Part shown: positions 17,182 to 24,591 of the stretch, one piece after another
Position numbering within the stretch: the first letter of the stretch is position 1
How the letters are laid out: each line of letters starts with the position of its first letter
From: a virus
Lineage: Duplodnaviria; Caudoviricetes
IMG/VR virus record: IMGVR_UViG_3300005404_000026
Location: 1 to 25,871 of that record
Direction: 5' to 3' (one strand)
DNA: 25,871 bases
Made by a program: the position numbers and the translations under genes
The notes under the pieces: model-generated
The model's database searches: none
What the model was told of the DNA's origin: nothing
The model's input: the letters and a program-made list of their open reading frames with translations, nothing else

Positions 17182-17269
17182 TGGGGGTGAAATAGGATCG
17201 ACAGGCAGGTAATAGGAAAGTGGAGTTGTCCGGATCTAAGCTCGGTTAACGCGAAGACACGTTACAGAT

Positions 17270-17359
17270 GCAAACGATAATGTATCAAACGTATTTTCTT
17301 TCGTAGACTTCGGTTCACTTAAGAACTACGTAAATGAGGATTACGCCTTAGCGGCGTAA
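17270..17359 (+). other. tmRNA tag reading frame: ANDNVSNVFSFVDFGSLKNYVNEDYALAA*
   Basis: ANDN start, YALAA end; stop inside hairpin ATTACGCC/GGCGTAAT. Confidence 0.9.
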
Positions 17360-17420
17360 TTGCTCGGGGTTGGCAACTTACCTAGCAACAGAAAAGTTGC
17401 ACTTTAAAATTGGAGGTAAC

Positions 17421-18257
17421 ATGAAGATTGGTGTAAGAGGAAGTAAACTAGCTCTAGCATACGCCGATAAAGTCGTTGCACTACTTCCGCAGGCATGGCC
17501 CGAAATAAAAATAACCGAAATAAAAACACAAGGCGATATTAAAGCTGACCAACCTATACACGAAATGGGTGGTAAAGGTGTATTTGTTTCTGCTATAGAA
17601 AAACAATTAATAGACAAAAAAATAGACTTAGCAATACATTCGTTTAAAGACTTACCTGCACAGATGGACGAACGTCTTGAAATAGTTGCTGTACTTGAAA
17701 GACAAGATCCTAGAGATTGTTATATAGGTGTACTATTTCCTAATGCAAAAGTTGGAACAGGCTCGCCTAGAAGAATAGCAGAACTAACAGAAAACTTTAA
17801 TGTTCCTTTTAATGTACGACCTATTAGAGGAAACATTGATACACGACTACGTAAATTAGACGAAGGAATGTACGATGCAATTATACTTGCAGTAGCAGGG
17901 TTAGAAGCATTAGGATTAGAAAACAGGATTACTAAAAGATTTCCTTTAGATAAGATGTTACCGTGTGTTGGACAAGGAGTTATAGCAATACAAATGCGTA
18001 AAGACCATCCTGACCTTAGATCTTTGCAAAAGATACTAAATCATTGGAATACGTACTATTCAGTAATGAGCGAACGTAAAATGCTACAAGTTATAGATGG
18101 CGACTGTCATACAGCCGTTGGAGCAATATCGAGTATTGTAGGAGACTGTTTGATGCTAAAATCGATAAATTATACTAATAATAAACAATATGAAGCAACA
18201 GGAAAGCTAATGGACTATATACAAATTGGTGAGGAAGTTGGTAATAATATAAAATGA
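17421..18257 (+). CDS. hemC: Porphobilinogen deaminase (hydroxymethylbilane synthase)
   Basis: GVRGSKLAL, TQGD, GGKGVF, DLAIHSFKDLP, GTGSPRR, RGNIDTRL, GQG, cofactor Cys in DGDCHT; SD GGAGGT before ATG 17421. Confidence 0.93.
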   Translation: MKIGVRGSKLALAYADKVVALLPQAWPEIKITEIKTQGDIKADQPIHEMGGKGVFVSAIEKQLIDKKIDLAIHSFKDLPAQMDERLEIVAVLERQDPRDCYIGVLFPNAKVGTGSPRRIAELTENFNVPFNVRPIRGNIDTRLRKLDEGMYDAIILAVAGLEALGLENRITKRFPLDKMLPCVGQGVIAIQMRKDHPDLRSLQKILNHWNTYYSVMSERKMLQVIDGDCHTAVGAISSIVGDCLMLKSINYTNNKQYEATGKLMDYIQIGEEVGNNIK

Positions 18258-19228
18258 ATATAAAATTTAAAAATGCTTGTAAACGGATATCACAAAAAAC
18301 GCCACCTATATGGTTTATGCGTCAAGCTGGAAGATATCATCAACACTATCGTGATTTAAAATTAAAATACACATTTGAAGAATTATGTAAGACTCCAGAG
18401 TTAGCTGGAGAAGTTGCACTAGGTCCAATCGATGAATTTGATTATGACGTTGCAATACTTTTTTCTGATATACTATTTCCTTTAGAAGGCTTAGGAATTC
18501 CTTTAAAGTTTGATCCAGGTCCTAAATTTGCACATAACTTAACATTAGAAAATGCAGACGAACATAGTAACATTCCTGAAGCATTAAGGTTTATGTCATT
18601 CCAAAGAGATGCAATAATAACAACAAGAGCTATGCTACCCAAACATAAAAGTTTAATAGGCTTTGTGGGAGGTCCATGGACACTAATGAATTACGCCGTT
18701 GGCGATTCGAGAGTAACTGATGAATTTAAACTAGACTATATGAAGTCTATTCTTATACCTTTACTAGTTCGTAATATAACATTACAACTTGATGCTGGTG
18801 CAGAAAAGGTAATGGTATTCGATAGCGGATTAAAGAATATGTCTTCGTCTTTTTTTAATAAAAAGTATTCTCCTTTGTTAATGTCTTTAGCCATGCCACA
18901 GACAGCTTACTATAGTAAGAACTTACCCAGGAAATGCATTGACAAAGTAGTACAAGGGGACTGGGGTGGCATTGGCATTGATAGTAAAGTTGATATAACT
19001 CATGCATTAAAAACTTTTAAGAAAGGGTTTGTTCAAGGTAACTTTGACGAAGAAATGATGTTACTACCTAAACATAAGTTTATGTATCAGATAGAAAAGT
19101 ATTGTGACGAAATGTCTAGAAATGATACTACTGGTTGGGTATGTGGTTTAGGACACGGCATTAATAAAGAAACTCCAGAAGAACATGTTCACTTGTTTAT
19201 AGAAACAGTAAGAAATCGTTTATCTTGA
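18254..19228 (+). CDS. hemE: Uroporphyrinogen decarboxylase
   Basis: WFMRQAGRY, AILFSDIL, LIGFVGGPWTL..Y, FDS, QGNFD, LGHGI; ATGA-type overlap with hemC. Confidence 0.93.
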   Translation: MNIKFKNACKRISQKTPPIWFMRQAGRYHQHYRDLKLKYTFEELCKTPELAGEVALGPIDEFDYDVAILFSDILFPLEGLGIPLKFDPGPKFAHNLTLENADEHSNIPEALRFMSFQRDAIITTRAMLPKHKSLIGFVGGPWTLMNYAVGDSRVTDEFKLDYMKSILIPLLVRNITLQLDAGAEKVMVFDSGLKNMSSSFFNKKYSPLLMSLAMPQTAYYSKNLPRKCIDKVVQGDWGGIGIDSKVDITHALKTFKKGFVQGNFDEEMMLLPKHKFMYQIEKYCDEMSRNDTTGWVCGLGHGINKETPEEHVHLFIETVRNRLS

Positions 19229-19369
19229 TTTCTTTTGCCAGTACTTACTTTTTCGCATGCCTAGATAGTGTTCACCAGGTTCGTAATCCCATCTGTGTCC
19301 ATGATGTCCTCTGAAATCAGCATACCACATTCTTAAACGTACAATTATTTTTCTTACACCTAAGCTCAC
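19220..19369 (-). CDS. Hypothetical 49-aa protein (not in ORF track)
   Basis: GTGA coupling to 19366-19554; MSLGVRKIIVRLRMWYADFRGHHGHRWDYEPGEHYLGMRKSKYWQKKSR. Confidence 0.6.
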   Translation of the reverse strand: MSLGVRKIIVRLRMWYADFRGHHGHRWDYEPGEHYLGMRKSKYWQKKSR

Positions 19370-19554
19370 TGATATCCTATCTGTCTCCATGGAATAGGAT
19401 TTCCATCTTGATCCATTATAGGTTCGCCGTTAATAGTACCGCCCATGAGAGCACCACCAGTTTGTCTGTAGTACTTACAAGGCTTAACTTCAACACCATC
19501 CCTCATCTTTTTATGATGAACTGTCTTTACACCTTTACTATGTTTTATAGCCAT
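19366..19554 (-). CDS. Hypothetical 62-aa protein
   Basis: SD AAGGA and TAAATA upstream on the minus strand. Confidence 0.65.
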   Translation of the reverse strand: MAIKHSKGVKTVHHKKMRDGVEVKPCKYYRQTGGALMGGTINGEPIMDQDGNPIPWRQIGYQ

Positions 19555-19573
19555 TCGCTTGATCCTTTTCGGT

Positions 19574-19595
19574 TATTTACCATTTTAGCTAAATA
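19574..19595. promoter_or_regulatory. Divergent pair of late-type promoters
   Basis: TATTTA 19574-19579 (TAAATA on -) and TAAATA 19590-19595 (+) between divergent genes. Confidence 0.6.
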
Positions 19596-19624
19596 TATTA
19601 GTAGTTAATGATAAGGAGAAATGT

Positions 19625-19819
19625 ATGGCGGGACAAGCAGATGATCAAGGTAAGCTAGAAGTAGCTGTACGAGTATTAGGTAACGAATTAATAGCTTTAA
19701 AAATGACCGTAGACGATTTTAAAATGAAATGGCTAGTACTTGGAGTAGTAACCATTTGTGCATTGGGTTGGGCGGCAAGTGTCTTTGGACCTGAGCTAAT
19801 GAATATGTTTGGAGAATAG
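19625..19819 (+). CDS. Small membrane protein
   Basis: SD AAGGAG; C-terminal hydrophobic helix. Confidence 0.7.
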   Translation: MAGQADDQGKLEVAVRVLGNELIALKMTVDDFKMKWLVLGVVTICALGWAASVFGPELMNMFGE

Positions 19820-19820
19820 C

Positions 19821-20267
19821 ATGTATGAATATAAATCAAAAATATTAAGAGTTGTTGACGGAGATACTGTTGATGTTGACATTGATTTAGGATTTGGTGT
19901 TTGGATGCACAAAGAACGTGTAAGAATGATGGGCATTGATACTCCTGAGTCTAGAACAAGAGATAAAGTAGAGAAGAAATTTGGATTGGCAAGTAAAGCA
20001 AGACTTAAAGAACTTTTACCAACTGGTTCAATACAAATTCTTAAAACAGAAATTGATAAATCTGGAGAAGACAAGAAAGGCAAGTTTGGTAGAATACTAG
20101 GGGATTTCCACGTATACTATGGCCCAGAAGATAGGCAACTTGGCTGTACTAAGATTCTTATTAAAGAAGGACATGGAGTAGAATACCATGGTCAATCAAA
20201 AGATGATATACAAGAGAAACACTTGGCTAATAGAGAAAGGCTTCTTAAAGAAGGCATTGTTAGCTAA
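19821..20267 (+). CDS. Thermonuclease (SNase-like)
   Basis: RVVDGDT, RVRMMGIDTPESRT, KGKFGRILG; start ATG 19821 after GGAG. Confidence 0.9.
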   Translation: MYEYKSKILRVVDGDTVDVDIDLGFGVWMHKERVRMMGIDTPESRTRDKVEKKFGLASKARLKELLPTGSIQILKTEIDKSGEDKKGKFGRILGDFHVYYGPEDRQLGCTKILIKEGHGVEYHGQSKDDIQEKHLANRERLLKEGIVS

Positions 20268-20561
20268 ATGAAATCTATAGCAATTATTTTTCTTGCTACT
20301 CTTATATACACTAACGATCCGAGTAAAACTGAAAACTTATATAGTTGGCAGTTACAATTTCATTCTTACGACAAATGCACTGAGTTCTACAATAAGTATC
20401 AAGCAGAGATATTAAACGGCTTACTTGATCATGGTAGAGAAAAATACAATGCAGTTATGGAAATAGATTATTTGGCGTGTGGAATGGTTGAAATGGATTT
20501 TCAAAAAAACAGCAATCCTAAAGTAATAGGACAAAAAGAAATGTATAAACGAGTAAACTAA
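20268..20561 (+). CDS. Small exported protein with two Cys
   Basis: Hydrophobic N-terminus; FHSYDKCTEF ... YLAC. Confidence 0.55.
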   Translation: MKSIAIIFLATLIYTNDPSKTENLYSWQLQFHSYDKCTEFYNKYQAEILNGLLDHGREKYNAVMEIDYLACGMVEMDFQKNSNPKVIGQKEMYKRVN

Positions 20562-20759
20562 ATGTTTTGGGGAACTGGTGTAGCGAAAGCAAACAAATCA
20601 GATTGTGAAACTTGCCGTATAGTAGTAAGTCAAGAAGGTATAGAAATAGATTCAAGTACAGGAAATATAGTAACTGAAGCTATAGTTCTTTCAGGTATTG
20701 TACTTGTTGTAGCATTACTATACATAGGTAAAAAATGGATAGATAAGAGGATGAAATGA
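20562..20759 (+). CDS. Small membrane protein
   Basis: CxxC, C-terminal TM then KKWIDKR. Confidence 0.55.
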   Translation: MFWGTGVAKANKSDCETCRIVVSQEGIEIDSSTGNIVTEAIVLSGIVLVVALLYIGKKWIDKRMK

Positions 20760-21025
20760 TTGTTAATTGGTTTTTAGTAGCAGTTATGAGTATGTCTTAT
20801 ACTCAACAAACAACTAATTTATATATTTTTACTGACCCATCTTTTACATCATCAGAACAATGTATTGAATTTGTAAAGCAACCAGAAAATGGACAAATGA
20901 TTGCTTGGAAACTTAAAAATGAATTTCCATTACAAACAATGCAAAATGTTTACTGTGTGCCCGAAAACGAAATGGAAAAGATATTAGAAAAGTCTAAGCC
21001 TGCCCAAAAAGAACTGAATATCTAG
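20756..21025 (+). CDS. Small exported protein with two Cys
   Basis: Hydrophobic N-terminus; FTSSEQCIEF ... VYC. Confidence 0.55.
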   Translation: MIVNWFLVAVMSMSYTQQTTNLYIFTDPSFTSSEQCIEFVKQPENGQMIAWKLKNEFPLQTMQNVYCVPENEMEKILEKSKPAQKELNI

Positions 21026-21034
21026 CCAAAACAC

Positions 21035-21063
21035 TTGACGTCCTCCACAACTTGTAATATATT
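21035..21063 (+). promoter_or_regulatory. Sigma70-type promoter
   Basis: TTGACG-N17-TATATT with upstream AAAACAC shared with the promoter at 6524. Confidence 0.7.
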
Positions 21064-21104
21064 AATACTATTATGTTTATAAAAGATAGACTAGTAACAA
21101 GTAT

Positions 21105-21129
21105 AAGAGCTCTTTCGAGCTCTTTTTTT
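21105..21129 (+). terminator. Intrinsic terminator/attenuator-like hairpin
   Basis: AAGAGCTC-TTTC-GAGCTCTT then T-run. Confidence 0.75.
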
Positions 21130-21144
21130 AATAAAGGAGGCAAT

Positions 21145-21405
21145 ATGCCAATCAATAATAACAAAGGCTCTACTTACTTTAGAGTAGGTTCTCAGAAGCA
21201 ACAAATCCTAGCGAAATACTGGGGTACTGGTAAGACTTTTACATTAGAAGGTCTAACAGATAAATTGGATGCTATGTCACCTGGCGCAAGAGTATGGGAG
21301 ATCAGAGAAGCTGGTTTTAATGTTAAATCAAAACCAATTTACACTGGCGAAGTAGGAAGACCTGCTAACGAATACTCAATCTCAAGAAGAAGAGTATTTG
21401 CTTAA
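21145..21405 (+). CDS. Winged helix-turn-helix DNA-binding protein
   Basis: SQKQQIL....GKTFT...SPGARVWEIREAGFNV...GRP..EY; SD AAGGAGG. Confidence 0.7.
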   Translation: MPINNNKGSTYFRVGSQKQQILAKYWGTGKTFTLEGLTDKLDAMSPGARVWEIREAGFNVKSKPIYTGEVGRPANEYSISRRRVFA

Positions 21406-21414
21406 TCAAAACTC

Positions 21415-21443
21415 TTGACAAATAAATCAACTCCTGTTATAAT
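21415..21443 (+). promoter_or_regulatory. Sigma70-type promoter with extended -10
   Basis: TTGACA-N17-TATAAT, preceded by TGn. Confidence 0.85.
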
Positions 21444-21476
21444 GAGTTATTAACTTTCAATAGCAGGAGTTTTTTT

Positions 21477-21929
21477 ATGACTATGCATTTAGAAAGAGGG
21501 CTAACAACTCTCAATACTCGTAAGCCAAAAAAGAAGAAATTATCATTGGCTCAAATTGATAAGTACAGTAAGCAACTAAAGATGCACAATAAAGATATGC
21601 GTCGATTAGGTTGTCACGATTTGCAAATGGATTTGGACACGTTCATTGCATATATCAGAGGAGAACTCAAACCAAGGGCAACTTCAATAAACAGAACCGA
21701 GCCAATTTATACTCGTCCACAGCAAGGTACTGATAGAATTGTCGAGACTAAAAACTTGGATCAATTTGCACCCGCATTAAAGAAAGATTCACTTCAATAT
21801 ACTGGAACCAGACGACTAGTGGGGATAGCCACCATGCATAAGTCAAATATGGTTCCTATTTTTGCGGATGACGATGATAAAACAGGCAGTAAACAGGCAA
21901 CAGACATAGCACAAATGAGGAGGAACTAA
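21477..21929 (+). CDS. Conserved hypothetical phage protein
   Basis: YTG..LVGIATMHKSNMVPIF...MRR motif; SD AGGAG. Confidence 0.7.
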   Translation: MTMHLERGLTTLNTRKPKKKKLSLAQIDKYSKQLKMHNKDMRRLGCHDLQMDLDTFIAYIRGELKPRATSINRTEPIYTRPQQGTDRIVETKNLDQFAPALKKDSLQYTGTRRLVGIATMHKSNMVPIFADDDDKTGSKQATDIAQMRRN

Positions 21930-22549
21930 TGTTAGCATTTTACATTTTAATGGCAGAGCTTAAATATTATATGAGGTTAATGTTTAAGTTAGCTTCGACA
22001 TTGTTTTGTATATTGTTTATGGTCCCGATGACGTATGCGGGTGCAGTAACTTTACAAGGCGCAGTTGAAGGAGAACTATACACATCGGAAACTCATCCAG
22101 AATTATACTGTTTGGCGGCAAACATTTATTTTGAAGCCAAGTCGGAACCAGTAGCTGGACAGTTTGCCGTATCCGACGTTGTTTTAAATAGAGTAAACGA
22201 TGCTCGGTACCCCAATACAATATGTGAAGTAGTATTGGACGGACCAACTCGTGAATCTTGGAAAACAAAGCAACACAAAGATTTGCCCGAAGACAAGAGA
22301 GTCTTCAATCCAATAAGAAACAAGTGTCAATTTTCTTGGTACTGTGATGGCAAGTCAGATACAATTAGAGATAACGATGCTTGGCGTAAAGCACAAGAAA
22401 TTGCTTATAGAATTGTAAACGAAAACAAGTTTAGAGGGATTACAGAAGGAGCAACTCACTACCATGCTACTTATGTAAGTCCAAGGTGGGCACCTCAACT
22501 TGACTTAGTCGGTAGAATAGGAACACATATATTTTATAGATGGCCATAA
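21929..22549 (+). CDS. Cell wall hydrolase, SleB/Hydrolase_2 family
   Basis: CLAANIYFEAKSE...VVLNRV...PNTICEVV...CQFSWYCDG...GATHYHA.YV.P.W...IGTHIFY; true start may be a downstream ATG. Confidence 0.9.
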   Translation: MLAFYILMAELKYYMRLMFKLASTLFCILFMVPMTYAGAVTLQGAVEGELYTSETHPELYCLAANIYFEAKSEPVAGQFAVSDVVLNRVNDARYPNTICEVVLDGPTRESWKTKQHKDLPEDKRVFNPIRNKCQFSWYCDGKSDTIRDNDAWRKAQEIAYRIVNENKFRGITEGATHYHATYVSPRWAPQLDLVGRIGTHIFYRWP

Positions 22550-23211
22550 AACTTTGGAAAAAGATACCGGTTAAGATACGACGAACATTTTACTTCTTAT
22601 TGTTTTGGATTTTATCCATAGTCATATCTTATGGTTCAGGAACTTTTCAACCGAACTACCTGGTATTAAACAAAATTACAAAAGATGCATTTGCTCAAGT
22701 TCAATCTGAATATTTAGATTACGGATTGTACGAGCCAGAGATGATATACGACACAAACGAACAGTTCGTTACAGCCGTTAATAAATGTATCAGTTATGTT
22801 AACTTATCTACACCACCAGATGAAAGAGTCCATGCACATATTATTATTGCTATGGCTATCTTAGAAACTGGTTATGGTAATAGTAGGTTTGCTAAAGAAG
22901 GTAACAACTTATTTGGTATTAGAACGTGGGACGAAAAGGCACCACAACTAAAACCAAAGGGCAATCCAGATGCTAAATGGGGAGTTAAAGTATACATTAC
23001 TAAATGTAAGTCCGTTAAAGATATGATAAGAATCATTAACGAACTTGATGTATATAAAAAGTTTCGAGAAGAAAGAGCAAATCAATTAGCAACAGGAACT
23101 CCAAACCTTGGAGAAATGATTAATCATTTAAGTCCTTGGAGCACCAATCCAAGATACACAAGACTAGTAATATCAAAGGTTAATCAAATACAAGAACTTT
23201 TGAGCAACTAG
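22540..23211 (+). CDS. Glucosaminidase (GH73, Bax/FlgJ-like) with N-terminal membrane anchor
   Basis: AMAILETGYGNSRFAKEGNNLFGIR ... WSTNPRY. Confidence 0.85.
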   Translation: MAIKLWKKIPVKIRRTFYFLLFWILSIVISYGSGTFQPNYLVLNKITKDAFAQVQSEYLDYGLYEPEMIYDTNEQFVTAVNKCISYVNLSTPPDERVHAHIIIAMAILETGYGNSRFAKEGNNLFGIRTWDEKAPQLKPKGNPDAKWGVKVYITKCKSVKDMIRIINELDVYKKFREERANQLATGTPNLGEMINHLSPWSTNPRYTRLVISKVNQIQELLSN

Positions 23212-23226
23212 GTTAACCAAAAGTTC

Positions 23227-23255
23227 TTGACATTCCCAGTCAATGACAGTATAAT
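23227..23255 (+). promoter_or_regulatory. Sigma70-type promoter
   Basis: TTGACA-N17-TATAAT exact consensus. Confidence 0.85.
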
Positions 23256-23311
23256 GTAAACATAATGATAGAAATCATTTTAATAACTAATGCACACAGA
23301 AAGGCAATATA

Positions 23312-23827
23312 ATGTATAAAGGCATTTTAAGACTAGGAGCAATAATTGGGGTAATGGGTATGCTAAATGCATGTTCATCTTATACAACTATTGCAGAACG
23401 TGATACTTATGCACAACCTAAATGGTATGCAAAATGTGCCGAAACTGGATCAAAAGGCTGGTTTTGGTGGAAACAAGATTATGTATTCTCTTGTGGAGCA
23501 GGTGTAAGTATTTTTGAACAGGCCGCTGAAGAGCAGATGTATGCTATTGCAATGAATAACTTTGCAAAAAGAATTAATAGTACAGTAAACAGTGAAACTA
23601 AAATTAACTTTAAAAATAAGTCAGGTGCTGAAACTAAAAACACTACGACTTTTATAAGTTATAAAGTTGCTGACACTAAAATTCGAGAGCACGTTGCTAA
23701 AGAAACTGGTACATACAAGTACCAAGGTAAAACTTATACTTTTGTTAAGTTAAGCATGGAAAAAGAAATCTTCGATGCCTTAATAGCAGAAGCAAAATCC
23801 ACTGACGCAATTAAACTGGCGAACTAA
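23312..23827 (+). CDS. Lipoprotein (LPP20-like)
   Basis: Signal peptide with lipobox LNAC; PKWY motif. Confidence 0.7.
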   Translation: MYKGILRLGAIIGVMGMLNACSSYTTIAERDTYAQPKWYAKCAETGSKGWFWWKQDYVFSCGAGVSIFEQAAEEQMYAIAMNNFAKRINSTVNSETKINFKNKSGAETKNTTTFISYKVADTKIREHVAKETGTYKYQGKTYTFVKLSMEKEIFDALIAEAKSTDAIKLAN

Positions 23828-23828
23828 G

Positions 23829-24164
23829 ATGCGGAATTTAATCTTAATGGCAGGAGCAATCGCCACACTATCGGCTTGCTCCTCTCACAACAACCATCCA
23901 ACAATGGCTCAGTTTAAACCACAGTATTGTTATCAAACTACAACCATTAATACACAAAATGGTAATAGTGTTAATAGTAAAGGTGTAACTGAGTGTACGG
24001 ATAATCCGAAAAATAAACATTTCTTAGCATATAGTGATATTGCTAAAGATTGCAGGGAGTACTGGTATGATATTTGGCTTAATGGAAAAGCAGTTAAACA
24101 ACGTGGCTACGTTTGTCAAAAACTTAATGGCGAATGGGAAATCGTTAGCCATCCTTATAACTAG
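23829..24164 (+). CDS. Lipoprotein
   Basis: Lipobox LSAC; C-terminal CREY...RGYVCQ..NGEWEIV. Confidence 0.7.
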   Translation: MRNLILMAGAIATLSACSSHNNHPTMAQFKPQYCYQTTTINTQNGNSVNSKGVTECTDNPKNKHFLAYSDIAKDCREYWYDIWLNGKAVKQRGYVCQKLNGEWEIVSHPYN

Positions 24165-24567
24165 CATATTATTTTTAACAGCCTGTCAAACAGGTACACA
24201 ATTTCATCATACGAGTCATAGTACAATAGCAAGTACGGAAAAGTACTATCACCCAGGGAATAGTACTATAACAGTTGCTATGAATGCTATTAAATGGAAT
24301 GCATCTATGATGAACGACTATGATAGAAAGCAACAAGAAAATGCAGTTTTCTTTGCATTAAATAACTTAAAGACAGGCGAAGTAACCAGATGGTATAATG
24401 GTAATACAGGTGCAAGAGGAGCAGTTAAAGTGTCTATGACGTATCCACAAGGAAGTGGCTACTGTAGGGTTTTAATGAGTCAAATTGTTTATAATAACAG
24501 AACAAGAGACTTTTCCGAGACAGCTTGTATTAACAGTACTGATAACACCTGGCAGTTTGTCCGATAA
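24127..24567 (+). CDS. Lipoprotein, RT0821/17-kDa surface-antigen-like domain
   Basis: Lipobox LTAC from ATG 24127; AL...TGEVTRWYNGNTGARG...YCR...TAC......W. Confidence 0.7.
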   Translation: MANGKSLAILITSILFLTACQTGTQFHHTSHSTIASTEKYYHPGNSTITVAMNAIKWNASMMNDYDRKQQENAVFFALNNLKTGEVTRWYNGNTGARGAVKVSMTYPQGSGYCRVLMSQIVYNNRTRDFSETACINSTDNTWQFVR

Positions 24568-24591
24568 ATACATAACTTAATAAGGACAACA

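Larger units (their letters stand above)
16939..17402 (+). ncRNA. ssrA: Circularly permuted two-piece tmRNA: acceptor piece about 16939-17000, intervening segment 17001-17182, coding piece 17183-about 17402
   Basis: T-arm TCGGG-TGCGATA-CCCGA then CACCTCC-A-CCA ending at 17000; GGGGGTG at 17183 pairs with it including G3:U70; D-loop ...GATCGAC; resume codon GCA 17270, tag ends YALAA*; 3' pseudoknot-like CGGGGTTGGCAACTTACCTAGCAACAGAAAAGTTGC. Outer ends approximate. Confidence 0.95.

Noticed and set aside
17370-17420. N-terminal extension of HemC from TTG 17370
   Set aside because: Overlaps the tmRNA 3' structure; GGAGGT and homology point to ATG 17421
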